Assembly: GCF_001598795.1 (NCBI RefSeq) | Contig: NZ_BCZP01000030.1 | Location: 7,454 to 47,453, forward strand | Source of the DNA: Delftia acidovorans NBRC 14950 | Lineage (GTDB): Bacteria; Pseudomonadota; Gammaproteobacteria; Burkholderiales; Burkholderiaceae_C | Direction: 5' to 3' | Length of the DNA stretch: 40,000 nt | Part shown: in pieces, positions 15,091 to 23,957 of the stretch | Layout: each line of letters opens with the position of its first letter | Numbering within the stretch: position 1 is the stretch's first letter | Notes under the pieces: model-generated | What the model saw: the letters and a program-made list of their open reading frames with translations, nothing else | Databases searched by the model: none | What the model was told of the DNA's origin: nothing | Translations under genes and position numbers: made by a program

Positions 15091-16116
15091 ATGAACGTAC
15101 AAACCATCACCATCGATCCGGTGGACGGCCTGCTCAACAAAGGCCTGAAGAACCTCTGGTACGCGGTCTGCCCCTCGGACTTCGTGAAGACCCAGCCCGT
15201 GTCGGTGCGCCGCTTCGGCCGCAAGATCGCGCTGTGGCGCGATGCCGCCGGCCAAGTCCACGCGCTGGAAGACCATTGCCCGCACCGCGGTGCGCCGCTG
15301 TCGCAGGGCGTGATCCTGGGCGACCGCCTGGCTTGCCCCTACCACGGCGTGGAAGTGCGCGGCGACGGCACGGTGACCAAGGTGCCCGGCAGCCCCGGCT
15401 GCAAGCTCGAAGGCTCGCGCGCGGCGCTGGCCTTCCATGCGCGCGAGGCCCATGGCGCCATCTTTCTCTACAACAGCGACAAGGCCGTTGACGAGGCGCC
15501 CGAGTTCACGCTGCCCGAGGAGCTGACCTCGCCCGAGTACTCCAACTTCCTGTGCTATGCCGAGTGGCGCAGCGACTACCGCTATGCGCTGGACAACGTC
15601 ATGGACCCCATGCACGGCACCTTCCTGCACAAGCAGTCGCACTCCATGGCCGAGGGCGACAGCAAGGCCACGTTCCAGGTGCGCGAGACCGATGACGGCT
15701 TCGTCTTCGAGAAGGTGGGCCAGCGCGGCGTGAACTTCGACTGGACCGAGTGGGGCAGCACGGGCGTGCACTGGATGCGCCTGGAGATTCCGTACCCCAA
15801 GACCGGCGGCCCCGGCGGCAACTTCGCCATCGTGGCCTGCGTCACGCCCATCAGCGCCGACCTGTGCTCCGTGTTCTTCTGGCGCTGCCGCAAGGTGCAG
15901 GGCTGGATGCGCGACACCTGGCGCTTCCTGTACCGCAACCGCCTGGAGGCGCGCCACTGGGCCGTGCTGGAGCAGGACCGGATCATGATGGAGCAGATGG
16001 AGCTGGACGCCAACGAGCGCGAGAACCTCTACCAGCACGACATCGGCCTGGTGCGCCTGCGCCGCCACCTGCGCCGCCTGGCCCAGGAGCAGATCGACGA
16101 AGGCGCCGCATCATGA
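15091..16116 (+). CDS. Rieske [2Fe-2S] non-heme-iron oxygenase, phthalate-family (alpha-only) terminal component
   Basis: Rieske motif CPHRGAPLS-x16-CPYHG. Mononuclear iron motif NVMDPMHGTFLHKQSH. There is no beta-subunit gene. The gene is translationally coupled to the reductase by an ATGA overlap at 16113-16116. Confidence 0.92.
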   Translation: MNVQTITIDPVDGLLNKGLKNLWYAVCPSDFVKTQPVSVRRFGRKIALWRDAAGQVHALEDHCPHRGAPLSQGVILGDRLACPYHGVEVRGDGTVTKVPGSPGCKLEGSRAALAFHAREAHGAIFLYNSDKAVDEAPEFTLPEELTSPEYSNFLCYAEWRSDYRYALDNVMDPMHGTFLHKQSHSMAEGDSKATFQVRETDDGFVFEKVGQRGVNFDWTEWGSTGVHWMRLEIPYPKTGGPGGNFAIVACVTPISADLCSVFFWRCRKVQGWMRDTWRFLYRNRLEARHWAVLEQDRIMMEQMELDANERENLYQHDIGLVRLRRHLRRLAQEQIDEGAAS

Positions 16117-17072
16117 GCACCAACCTCCAGGCCTTCGTGCACACGCTGCGCTTCGAGGCCCAGGACACCATCAGCGTGGACCTGCGGCCCGTGGCGGGCG
16201 GAGAGCTTCCCGCCTTCACGCCGGGCTCGCACATCGATCTGCACCTGCCCAACGGCCTGGTGCGCAGCTACTCGCTGAGCAACCCCAGCGAAGAGCGCCA
16301 CCGCTACGTGGTCGGCGTGCTGCGCGACCGCGCCAGCCGCGGCGGCTCGCGCTGCGTGCACGAGTCGCTGCGCGTGGGCATGCCCATCACCATCTCCGAG
16401 CCGCGCAACCATTTCGCGCTGGATGAAAGCGCCGCGCACACCGTGCTGGTGGCCGGCGGCATCGGCATCACGCCGCTGCTGTGCATGGCGCGCCGGCTCA
16501 AGGGCCAGGGCCGCTCGTTCGAGATGCTGTACTTCGCCCGCGAGCGCAAGGGCGCGGCCTTCCTGGAAGAGCTGCAGGCGCTGGGCATGCCGCTGCACCT
16601 GCACTTCGACAGCGAGGCCGGTGGCCCGCCCGACCTGCGCGCGCTGCTGGCCCAACGGCAGCCCGATGCGGGCACGCACCACTACGCCTGCGGCCCCACG
16701 CCCATGCTGGACGCCTTCGAGAAGTTCTGCGCCGAGCTGGGCCACGCCAACGCCCACGTCGAGCGCTTCACGCCCGTGGAGGTCAAGGCCGCCGACGACG
16801 CGCGCAGCAACTACACGGTGGAGCTCAAGCGCAGCGGCCGCTTCATCGAGATCACGCCCGAGAAGTCGCTGCTCGACACCCTGCTGGATGCCGGCATCCA
16901 GATGGACCACAGCTGCTGCGAAGGCGTCTGCGGCTCCTGCGAGACGCGCGTGCTCGAAGGCATTCCGGACCACCGCGACTCGGTGCTCAGCCCCAAGGAA
17001 AAGGCCAGCAACAAAGTGATGATGGTCTGCGTTTCCGGCTGCAAGAGCGAGCGACTGGTCCTGGATATCTGA
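16113..17072 (+). CDS. PDR/VanB-type oxygenase reductase (FMN + NAD + plant-type [2Fe-2S])
   Basis: 319 aa. It has RSYSLS (flavin-binding), GGIGITP (NAD) and the C-terminal ferredoxin cluster motif CCEGVCGSC-x29-C. Confidence 0.92.
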   Translation: MSTNLQAFVHTLRFEAQDTISVDLRPVAGGELPAFTPGSHIDLHLPNGLVRSYSLSNPSEERHRYVVGVLRDRASRGGSRCVHESLRVGMPITISEPRNHFALDESAAHTVLVAGGIGITPLLCMARRLKGQGRSFEMLYFARERKGAAFLEELQALGMPLHLHFDSEAGGPPDLRALLAQRQPDAGTHHYACGPTPMLDAFEKFCAELGHANAHVERFTPVEVKAADDARSNYTVELKRSGRFIEITPEKSLLDTLLDAGIQMDHSCCEGVCGSCETRVLEGIPDHRDSVLSPKEKASNKVMMVCVSGCKSERLVLDI

Positions 17073-17101
17073 GCAGGCAATCAGACCTGCAAGGCAACAA
17101 C

Positions 17102-17140
17102 CCACCACCCCCAAGCCACCCCCCAAGCCACCACCCCCAG
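17102..17140 (+). repeat. C-rich triple direct repeat in the porin 5' region
   Basis: CCACCACCCCCAAG / CCACCCCCCAAG / CCACCACCCCCAG lies directly upstream of the RBS AGGAGA (17141-17146) and ATG 17154. Confidence 0.5.
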
Positions 17141-17153
17141 AGGAGACAACCCC

Positions 17154-18221
17154 ATGAAAACCATCCATACGCCCATGCTGGGCGTGGCGCTAGCCTGCCT
17201 GGCGTCCTTGCCCGGTGCCGCTTCGGCGCAGTCCAAGGTCGAGATCTTCGGCGTCGTCGATGTCGGCGTCACGCACCTGAACGGTTCCGGCCCCTCCAAG
17301 ACCGGCCTGTCCACGGGCGGCGCCAACATCAGCCGCCTCGGCTTTCGCGGCACGGAAGAGCTGGGCGGCGGCCTGCGCGCGGGCTTCTGGCTGGAGGCGG
17401 GCATGGACGTGGACAGCGGCTCGGGCAAGGCCAGCGGTGGCGGCCTGAGCTTCAACCGCCGCTCCACCGTGAGCCTGTCGGGCGACTTCGGCGAAGTGCG
17501 CCTGGGCCGCGATGACTCGGCCACCTTCCTGAGCACGCTGATCTTCGACCCCTTCCTCACCAACGGCGTGGGCGGCACCATGGGCTTCACCATGCTGGGC
17601 ATTCCCGGCACGGGCACGGCCACGGGCGGCGCGCCCATCCAGATCAGCAACGCGGTCAGCTACTTCCTGCCGCAGAACCTGGGCGGCTTCTACGGCCAGG
17701 TGCAGGTGGCCATGGGCGAGCAGGCGCGCAGCGCGCCCAACAAGAACCAGGGCGACTACCGCGGCCTGCGCTTCGGCTACCGCCAGGGCCCCTTCAACGG
17801 CGCACTGGCCACGGGCAAGTTCTATGGCGACAGCGATGCGACCAACCTCACGGCCAGCAACGTGGGCCTGAGCTGGGACTTCGGCGTGGCCAAGCCCATG
17901 CTGCTGTGGGCCAGCGAAAAGCGTGGCGCCCTCAAGGTCACCGCCCTGCAGCTGGGCGTGACCGCGCCCGTGGGCATGGGCGAGTTCAAGGCCTCCTACG
18001 GCCACTACAACACCGACGGCAGCAATGCCGACTGGAACAAGATCAGCGTGGGCTACGGGCACAACCTGTCCAAGCGCACCCAGGTCTACGGCACGGTGGC
18101 CTTCCTCAAGAACAAGGACGGCGCGGCCAAGTCCATCGGCGTGCAGGGCCTGTCGGCCCCGGGCACCACGCTGGGCGGCCGCTCCTCCGGCTTCGAGGTG
18201 GGCGTGCGCCACTTCTTCTGA
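17154..18221 (+). CDS. Outer-membrane general porin (Gram-negative trimeric porin family)
   Basis: Signal peptide ending ASAQS. The mature protein starts with the beta strand VEIFGVVDVGV. Amphipathic strands alternate throughout, and the C-terminus is GVRHFF with the aromatic terminal residue typical of OMPs. Confidence 0.88.
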   Translation: MKTIHTPMLGVALACLASLPGAASAQSKVEIFGVVDVGVTHLNGSGPSKTGLSTGGANISRLGFRGTEELGGGLRAGFWLEAGMDVDSGSGKASGGGLSFNRRSTVSLSGDFGEVRLGRDDSATFLSTLIFDPFLTNGVGGTMGFTMLGIPGTGTATGGAPIQISNAVSYFLPQNLGGFYGQVQVAMGEQARSAPNKNQGDYRGLRFGYRQGPFNGALATGKFYGDSDATNLTASNVGLSWDFGVAKPMLLWASEKRGALKVTALQLGVTAPVGMGEFKASYGHYNTDGSNADWNKISVGYGHNLSKRTQVYGTVAFLKNKDGAAKSIGVQGLSAPGTTLGGRSSGFEVGVRHFF

Positions 18222-18250
18222 TACAGCCCATCGGGCGATAGAGACTTGCC

Positions 18251-19546
18251 ATGAAAGATATGCGTGCGGCCCGCTGGTGGGGGGTGATCAGCCTCTTCAT
18301 CATCGTCGCCATCTCCTATGTGGACCGGATCAACCTTTCGATCCTCATCCTCGACCAGGGATTCCTGGACCACATCGGGCTGACGCACGACGACCGCACG
18401 CGCCAGGGCCTGCTGGCCACGGCCTTCATGGTGGGCTACGGCGTTTCTTCCTTCGTGTTGACGCCGTTTTGCGCGGCGCTCTTCGGCGTGCGCCGAAGCC
18501 TGGTGGTCGGCCTGCTGCTGTGGGGCGCCGTGTCCTTTCTGTCCCCGGCCATGAACAGCTATGGCCTGCTGCTGGCCTCGCGCATCCTGCTGGGCATCTC
18601 CGAAGGGCCGCTGTACTCGCTGGCGGGCAGCTACATCAAGGCGCATTTCCAGAGCCACGAGAACGGCCTGCCCAACTCCTTCGTGAACATGGGCACGGGA
18701 CTGGGGCTGGCGGTGGGCTACCCGCTGATCGGCTACCTGGTGGCCGGCCATGACTGGCAGACCTCGTTCCACGTGCTGGGGCTGATCAATGTGGCCATCG
18801 GCATCCCGCTGGTGCTGGCCTTCATCCGCATGCCCCGCGTGGACACCGGCATGCCGCGCCCGCGCTCGCTGGGCGAGGCGGTGGGACAGGTCGGCCAGAT
18901 CGTGCGCGGCGCCATGCACACGCGCTATCTGGTGCTGGTGGCCGTGCTGTCGGCGGCCTTCTTCTCCTACCTCTGGGGCAGCAGCAACTGGCTGCCGGCC
19001 TATCTGGAGTCGCGCGGCTTTTCGCTGCGCGAGATGGGCTGGCTGGCCTCGCTGCCGCAGTACGCCACGGTGCTGGCCGTGCTGGTCGGCGGCATCGTCA
19101 TCGACCGCCTGCCGCGCCGCCAGGTGCCGCTGATCTTCGTCGGCGGCAGCCTGGGCCTGGCGCTGGCCATCTGGCTGGCCATCCACATGGAAGACCGCTA
19201 CGCGGCGGCCTACTGCCTGATCGCCGCCAACTTCTGCTGGGGCCTGATGAGCCCGGCCATCCCCAGCACCGTGCAGTACTGCGCGCGGCCCGAGCATGTG
19301 GCCAGCGCCTACGGCGTCGTCAACGGCACGGCGACCCTGGTGGCGGGCTTCATGCCTGCGCTCATGGGGGCCGTCATCGGCTGGACCTCGCATTCGGCCG
19401 GTGGCGGGTTCGTCGCAGGCTTCAGCCTGCTGGTGGGCACGCAGCTGGTGGTCATGGTCTGCGGCCTGGTGCTGTGGCTGCGCGAGCGCCGCCAGGGCGC
19501 CGACAGTGCCAGCGATGCCCGGGACAGGTCCGCGCGCACGGCCTGA
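18251..19546 (+). CDS. MFS transporter (anion:cation symporter-like)
   Basis: 431 aa, 12 predicted TM segments. The N-terminal YVDRINLS motif and G..D R.. R loops are typical of ACS-type MFS permeases for organic acids. Confidence 0.88.
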   Translation: MKDMRAARWWGVISLFIIVAISYVDRINLSILILDQGFLDHIGLTHDDRTRQGLLATAFMVGYGVSSFVLTPFCAALFGVRRSLVVGLLLWGAVSFLSPAMNSYGLLLASRILLGISEGPLYSLAGSYIKAHFQSHENGLPNSFVNMGTGLGLAVGYPLIGYLVAGHDWQTSFHVLGLINVAIGIPLVLAFIRMPRVDTGMPRPRSLGEAVGQVGQIVRGAMHTRYLVLVAVLSAAFFSYLWGSSNWLPAYLESRGFSLREMGWLASLPQYATVLAVLVGGIVIDRLPRRQVPLIFVGGSLGLALAIWLAIHMEDRYAAAYCLIAANFCWGLMSPAIPSTVQYCARPEHVASAYGVVNGTATLVAGFMPALMGAVIGWTSHSAGGGFVAGFSLLVGTQLVVMVCGLVLWLRERRQGADSASDARDRSARTA

Positions 19547-19552
19547 CCTGCA

Positions 19553-20461
19553 CTACAGCGCACCCGCTGCGGCGCACTGCTCCAGAAACGTCACCAGGGC
19601 CTGCACGCGCGCCGTGCGGCCCTTGCGCGTGGGCACCAGCAGGGTGACGGGCGCGCTGCCGAAATGCCAGTCCGGCAGCACGCGCACCAGCCGGCCCTCG
19701 GCAACGGCCTGCTCCATGTCCCATTGCGAACGCAGCACCAGGCCCAGGCCCTGCTCGGCCCAGTGGCGGGCCACGCCGCCGTCGTTGGTGACGTAGGACG
19801 GCGTCACGCGCAGGGTCTGGCCGTCCGCGGCACGCCGGCTGGCGGCCGGGCGCAGGTGCCACAGCGTCACGTCTTCCTCGTTCTCGCGGATGCAGATGCA
19901 GGCGTGCTCCAGCAATTCGCGCGGCGTGGCGGGCGTGCCGTGGCGGCGCAGGTAGTCGGGGCTGGCGCACAGCCAGCGGTCATTGGCGGCCAGTTCGCGC
20001 GCCACCCAGGAGGAGTCGCGCACCGCGCCGATGTGGACCACGGCGTCGGCATCGTGGCGGTCGGGGAAGGGCGTTTCGCGCAGGTCCAGCTGCAGTTTCA
20101 GTTGCGGGTGCTGGCGCGTGAAGGGCACCAGGGCCGGGGCCAGCCGGCTGCGCCCGTAGCCAAAGGGCGCGGCAATGCGCAGCGTGCCGCCCAGCTGGCG
20201 GGCATCGCCGTGCAGCGAGTCGCGCAGCTCCTCGATCTGGCCCAGCAGCCGCACGGCCTCGCGGGCGAAGCGCTCGCCCTCGGGCGTCAGCGCCAGGCGC
20301 CGCGCGCTGCGGTTGGCCAGGGACAGGCCCAGTTCTGCCTCCAGCCGGCGCAGCCGCATGGACAGGGCAGGCGGCGTCACATCGAGCGCACGGGCTGCGG
20401 CGCTCAGCGAGCTTTCGCGCAGCAGGGCGGCGGCAAGCTGCAGGTCTTCGATGGCAATCAT
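19553..20461 (-). CDS. LysR-family transcriptional regulator
   Basis: N-terminal HTH ...SLSAAARALDVTPPALSMRLRRLEAELGLSLANR, followed by a LysR substrate-binding domain. It is divergent from the HAD/DSD1/RidA operon. Confidence 0.9.
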   Translation of the reverse strand: MIAIEDLQLAAALLRESSLSAAARALDVTPPALSMRLRRLEAELGLSLANRSARRLALTPEGERFAREAVRLLGQIEELRDSLHGDARQLGGTLRIAAPFGYGRSRLAPALVPFTRQHPQLKLQLDLRETPFPDRHDADAVVHIGAVRDSSWVARELAANDRWLCASPDYLRRHGTPATPRELLEHACICIRENEEDVTLWHLRPAASRRAADGQTLRVTPSYVTNDGGVARHWAEQGLGLVLRSQWDMEQAVAEGRLVRVLPDWHFGSAPVTLLVPTRKGRTARVQALVTFLEQCAAAGAL

Positions 20462-20533
20462 TCAATTTGCCTTAACGATTGATGACGGCGGATTTAACCA
20501 CGGGCACAGGTTCCATCCGTACAGTTCCAGGCC

Positions 20534-21208
20534 ATGAACACCCCAGCCCCACTGACGGAACCGACCGCCGCCGCCTGGCCCCGTGCCGTGCTTTTCGACC
20601 TGCTGACCGCCTTGCTCGACTCCTGGACGGTATGGAACAGCGCTGCCGGCAGCGAGGCCGCAGGGCGCGACTGGCGCGCCGAGTACCTGCGCCTGACCTA
20701 TGGCTGCGGCGCCTACCAGCCCTATGAAGACCTGGTGCGCGAGGCGGCCCGCAACCGGGGCCTGCCCGCCTCGGCCGCCGACCGGCTGGAGGCGCAATGG
20801 GACCAGCTGCAGCCCTGGGATGGCGCGCGCGAGTTGCTGGCCGCCCTGCGCCCGCACTGCCGCCTGGCCGTGGTGACCAATTGCTCCGAGCGCCTGGGTC
20901 AGCGTGCCGCCGCGCTGCTGGGCGTGGATTGGGATGTGGTGGTCACCTCGGAAGCAGCAGGCTTCTACAAGCCCGACCCCCGGCCCTACCAGCTGGCGCT
21001 GGACCGGCTGGGGCTGCCTGCGGACCAGGCCGCCTTTGTGGCCGGTTCGGGCTATGACCTGTTCGGCACCTCGGCCGTGGGCCTGCGCACCTTCTGGCAC
21101 AACCGCGTGGGTCTGTCGCGGCCCGATGGAGCGCCTGCCGCCGAAGCTGAAGCTTCCACGCTGGCCCCCGCCTTGCCCTGGCTGCGCGGCTTTGCCGCAG
21201 GCCGCTGA
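20534..21208 (+). CDS. HAD-superfamily hydrolase (haloacid dehalogenase type II-like)
   Basis: Motif I-like AVLFDLLTALLDSW, motif II VVTNCS and motif III/IV ...FYKPDPRPY...FVAGSGYDL fall in the expected order. Confidence 0.75.
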   Translation: MNTPAPLTEPTAAAWPRAVLFDLLTALLDSWTVWNSAAGSEAAGRDWRAEYLRLTYGCGAYQPYEDLVREAARNRGLPASAADRLEAQWDQLQPWDGARELLAALRPHCRLAVVTNCSERLGQRAAALLGVDWDVVVTSEAAGFYKPDPRPYQLALDRLGLPADQAAFVAGSGYDLFGTSAVGLRTFWHNRVGLSRPDGAPAAEAEASTLAPALPWLRGFAAGR

Positions 21209-21236
21209 CTGTGCCAAGTCTCTTTCAGGAGCCGCC

Positions 21237-22379
21237 ATGCAAGACACTCTTTTGACGCTGGACACGCCCGCTGCCGTGATCGACCTCGACCGCATGCAGC
21301 GCAACATCGCCCGCATGCAGCAGCGCATGGACGCGCAGGGCGTGCGCCTGCGCCCCCATGTGAAGACCAGCAAGAGCGTGCCCGTGGCCGCCGCGCAGCG
21401 TGCGGCCGGGGCCTCGGGCATCACGGTCTCCACCCTGAAGGAGGCCGAGCAGTTCTTTGCGGCAGGCACCACCGACATCCTGTATGCCGTGAGCATGGCG
21501 CCGCACCGCCTGCCGCAGGCCCTGCAACTGCGCCGGCGCGGCTGCGACCTCAAGCTCATCGTGGACAGCGTGGCGGCGGCCCAGGCCATTGCCGCGTTCG
21601 GCCGCGAGCAGGGCGAGGCCTTCGAGGTGTGGATAGAGATCGACACCGACGGCCACCGCTCCGGCGTGGGCGCAGACGACACGCCGCTGCTGCTGGCCAT
21701 TGGCCGCACGCTGCACGACGGCGGCATGCGCCTGGGCGGTGTGCTCACGCATGCGGGCTCCAGCTACGAGCTGGATACGCCCGAGGCGCTGCAGGCGCTG
21801 GCCGAGCGCGAGCGCGCCGGCTGCGTGCAGGCCGCCGAGGCCCTGCGCGCGGCCGGCCTGCCGTGCCCCGTGGTCAGCGTGGGCTCCACGCCCACGGCGC
21901 TGGCGGCCAGCCGGCTGGACGGTGTGACCGAGGTGCGCGCAGGCGTCTACGTGTTCTTCGACCTGGTGATGCGCAACATCGGCGTGTGCACGGCCGAGGA
22001 CGTGGCGCTGTCGGTGCTGGCCACCGTGATCGGCCACCAGGCCGACAAGGGCTGGGCCATCGTGGATGCGGGCTGGATGGCCATGAGCCGCGACCGCGGA
22101 ACGGCCCGGCAGAAACAGGATTTCGGCTACGGCCAGGTCTGCGACCTGCAGGGGCTGGTGATGCCGGGCTTCGTGCTCACGGGCGCCAACCAGGAGCACG
22201 GCATTCTGGCCCGGGCCGATGGCGCGGCGGAGGCCGACATCGCCACGCGCTTTCCCCTGGGCACGCGGCTGCGCATCCTGCCCAACCATGCCTGCGCCAC
22301 GGGCGCGCAGTTCCCGGCCTACCAGGCGCTGGCGGCAGATGGCTCGGTGCAAACCTGGGAGCGGCTCCATGGCTGGTGA
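21237..22379 (+). CDS. DSD1-family PLP enzyme (D-serine / D-threo-3-hydroxyaspartate dehydratase or D-threonine aldolase-like)
   Basis: 380 aa. It has an alanine-racemase-N-like barrel with the PLP-lysine motif RPHVKTSKS, THAGSSY, a G.STPT segment, and a C-terminal ...QEHG...LRILPNHAC.T... domain typical of this family. Confidence 0.85.
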   Translation: MQDTLLTLDTPAAVIDLDRMQRNIARMQQRMDAQGVRLRPHVKTSKSVPVAAAQRAAGASGITVSTLKEAEQFFAAGTTDILYAVSMAPHRLPQALQLRRRGCDLKLIVDSVAAAQAIAAFGREQGEAFEVWIEIDTDGHRSGVGADDTPLLLAIGRTLHDGGMRLGGVLTHAGSSYELDTPEALQALAERERAGCVQAAEALRAAGLPCPVVSVGSTPTALAASRLDGVTEVRAGVYVFFDLVMRNIGVCTAEDVALSVLATVIGHQADKGWAIVDAGWMAMSRDRGTARQKQDFGYGQVCDLQGLVMPGFVLTGANQEHGILARADGAAEADIATRFPLGTRLRILPNHACATGAQFPAYQALAADGSVQTWERLHGW

Positions 22380-22764
22380 AAGCGGGATAGATCTGCGCCA
22401 TGCATCGCCGAACCTGCCTGCGCCGGGCGGCCACTACAGCCACACGGCCACGGGCCAGGGGCTGGTCTTCGTGTCAGGGCAGCTGCCCATACGGCCCGAC
22501 GGCACGCGCCTGGTGGATGCCGGTTTCGAGGACCAGGCCCGGCAGGCGCTGGCCAACCTGGCAGCGGCGCTGGAGCTGGCCGGCAGCGGCGTGCCGCGGC
22601 TGCTGCAGGTGCGCGTGTACCTGGACGACATGGCGCACTGGCCGGCCTTTGACCGCATCTACGCGGACTGGGCCGGCGCGCACCGGCCCGCGCGCGCCGT
22701 GGTGCCCACGGGGGCGCTGCATTTCGGGTTGAAGGTGGAGATCGAGGCCGTGGCGCTGGCCTGA
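22369..22764 (+). CDS. ridA: RidA/YjgF-family reactive-intermediate (enamine/imine) deaminase
   Basis: 131 aa. It has GGHYSHTATGQGLVFVSGQLP and ...PARAVVPTGALHFGLKVEIEAVA. The start overlaps the preceding gene by 11 nt. Confidence 0.85.
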   Translation: MAGESGIDLRHASPNLPAPGGHYSHTATGQGLVFVSGQLPIRPDGTRLVDAGFEDQARQALANLAAALELAGSGVPRLLQVRVYLDDMAHWPAFDRIYADWAGAHRPARAVVPTGALHFGLKVEIEAVALA

Positions 22765-22797
22765 GAAGGCGTTCCGGCCCGGGGGGGCCGGCTGCCG

Positions 22798-23784
22798 CTA
22801 CTTCAGCCAGCCGCGCTTGCGGAAGTAGAGCATGGGCCCCACGGCGCTGAGCACCATGAGCCCGATGACGTAGACGTAGCCGAACTCCCATTCCAGCTCG
22901 GGCATGAACTTGAAGTTCATGCCGTAGACGCTGGCGATCAGCGTGGGCGGCAGCAGGGCCACGCTGGCCACCGAGAAGATCTTGATGATCTTGTTCTGGT
23001 TGATGTTGATGAAGCCGACCGTGGCATCCATCAGGAAGTTGATCTTGTCGAAGAGGAAGGCCGTGTGGCTGTCCAGCGATTCGATGTCGCGCAGGATCTG
23101 GCGCGCTTCCTCGAACTGCTCGGCATTGAGCATCTTGGAACGCATCATGAAGCTGACGGCGCGGCGCGTGTCCATGACGTTGCGGCGGATGCGGCCGTTC
23201 AAGTCTTCCTGGCGCGCAATGGCGCCCAGCACCTCGCGGGCCACGTCGTCGGTCACGTCGCCGGACAGCACCATCTGGCTGGCTTTTTCGAGGTCGTCGT
23301 AGATGCGCTCCAGCGTGTCGGCCGAGTATTCGGCGTCGGCGTCGAAGAGCTTGAGCAGCACGTCCTTGGCCTCGTCGATCAGGCCCGGCGCGCGGCGCGC
23401 GCGCATGCGCAGCAGGCGAAAGACGGGCACGTCCTCGTCGTGGATGGAGAAAAGCACGCCGCAGCTGCGCAGGTTCTTGTTGTGCTCGTTGACGATGAAG
23501 GCCACGCGCACCGAACGCGGGTCCTCGTCATCGTCGATCAGGAAGTCGCTGCGGATGTGCAGCTCGCCGTTGTCTTCCTCGTAGAAGCGGGCGGATTCCT
23601 CGATGTCGTCGTCCATCGCATCCTCGGGGATGGACAGCTCGTAGTGCTGCTTGATCCAGCGCTTTTCCTCGACCGTGGGCGACTCCAGGTCCACCCAGAT
23701 CGGCTTGAAGCGGGACAGCTCCTCCAGCGACTCGATCTCTTCTTGAACCAGGCGGCCATTGGCCAGCGTAAAGATGTTGAGCAT
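22798..23784 (-). CDS. corA: Magnesium/cobalt transporter CorA
   Basis: 328 aa from ATG 23784; the track ORF start at 23844 adds 20 unsupported residues. There are two C-terminal TM helices with the signature YGMNF (ASVYGMNFKFMPE), and a KRGWLK tail. Confidence 0.9.
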   Translation of the reverse strand: MLNIFTLANGRLVQEEIESLEELSRFKPIWVDLESPTVEEKRWIKQHYELSIPEDAMDDDIEESARFYEEDNGELHIRSDFLIDDDEDPRSVRVAFIVNEHNKNLRSCGVLFSIHDEDVPVFRLLRMRARRAPGLIDEAKDVLLKLFDADAEYSADTLERIYDDLEKASQMVLSGDVTDDVAREVLGAIARQEDLNGRIRRNVMDTRRAVSFMMRSKMLNAEQFEEARQILRDIESLDSHTAFLFDKINFLMDATVGFININQNKIIKIFSVASVALLPPTLIASVYGMNFKFMPELEWEFGYVYVIGLMVLSAVGPMLYFRKRGWLK

Positions 23785-23957
23785 AGGCTCACTCCAGGTG
23801 TTCTTCTCAGGCGTGCGGGGTATCGGAGGTGCTTTCAACCCCACAGGCCAACCGGGAGTTGAAAGCTACCAACTGGGGTAGGTTTCCACGGAGCTTTCTC
23901 CAAGATGCAAAGCGTTGGATTATGCAGCGTTGCGCTGCAGCATGCGGGCCGGCTGCG

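Noticed and set aside
22774-22791. GC hairpin CCGGCC-N6-GGCCGG between convergent ridA and corA, and TGCAGCG-ttg-CGCTGCA at 23923-23939 after the UDG-like gene, as terminators.
   Set aside because: The stems are short and no U-run follows on either strand. This is insufficient to call intrinsic terminators.
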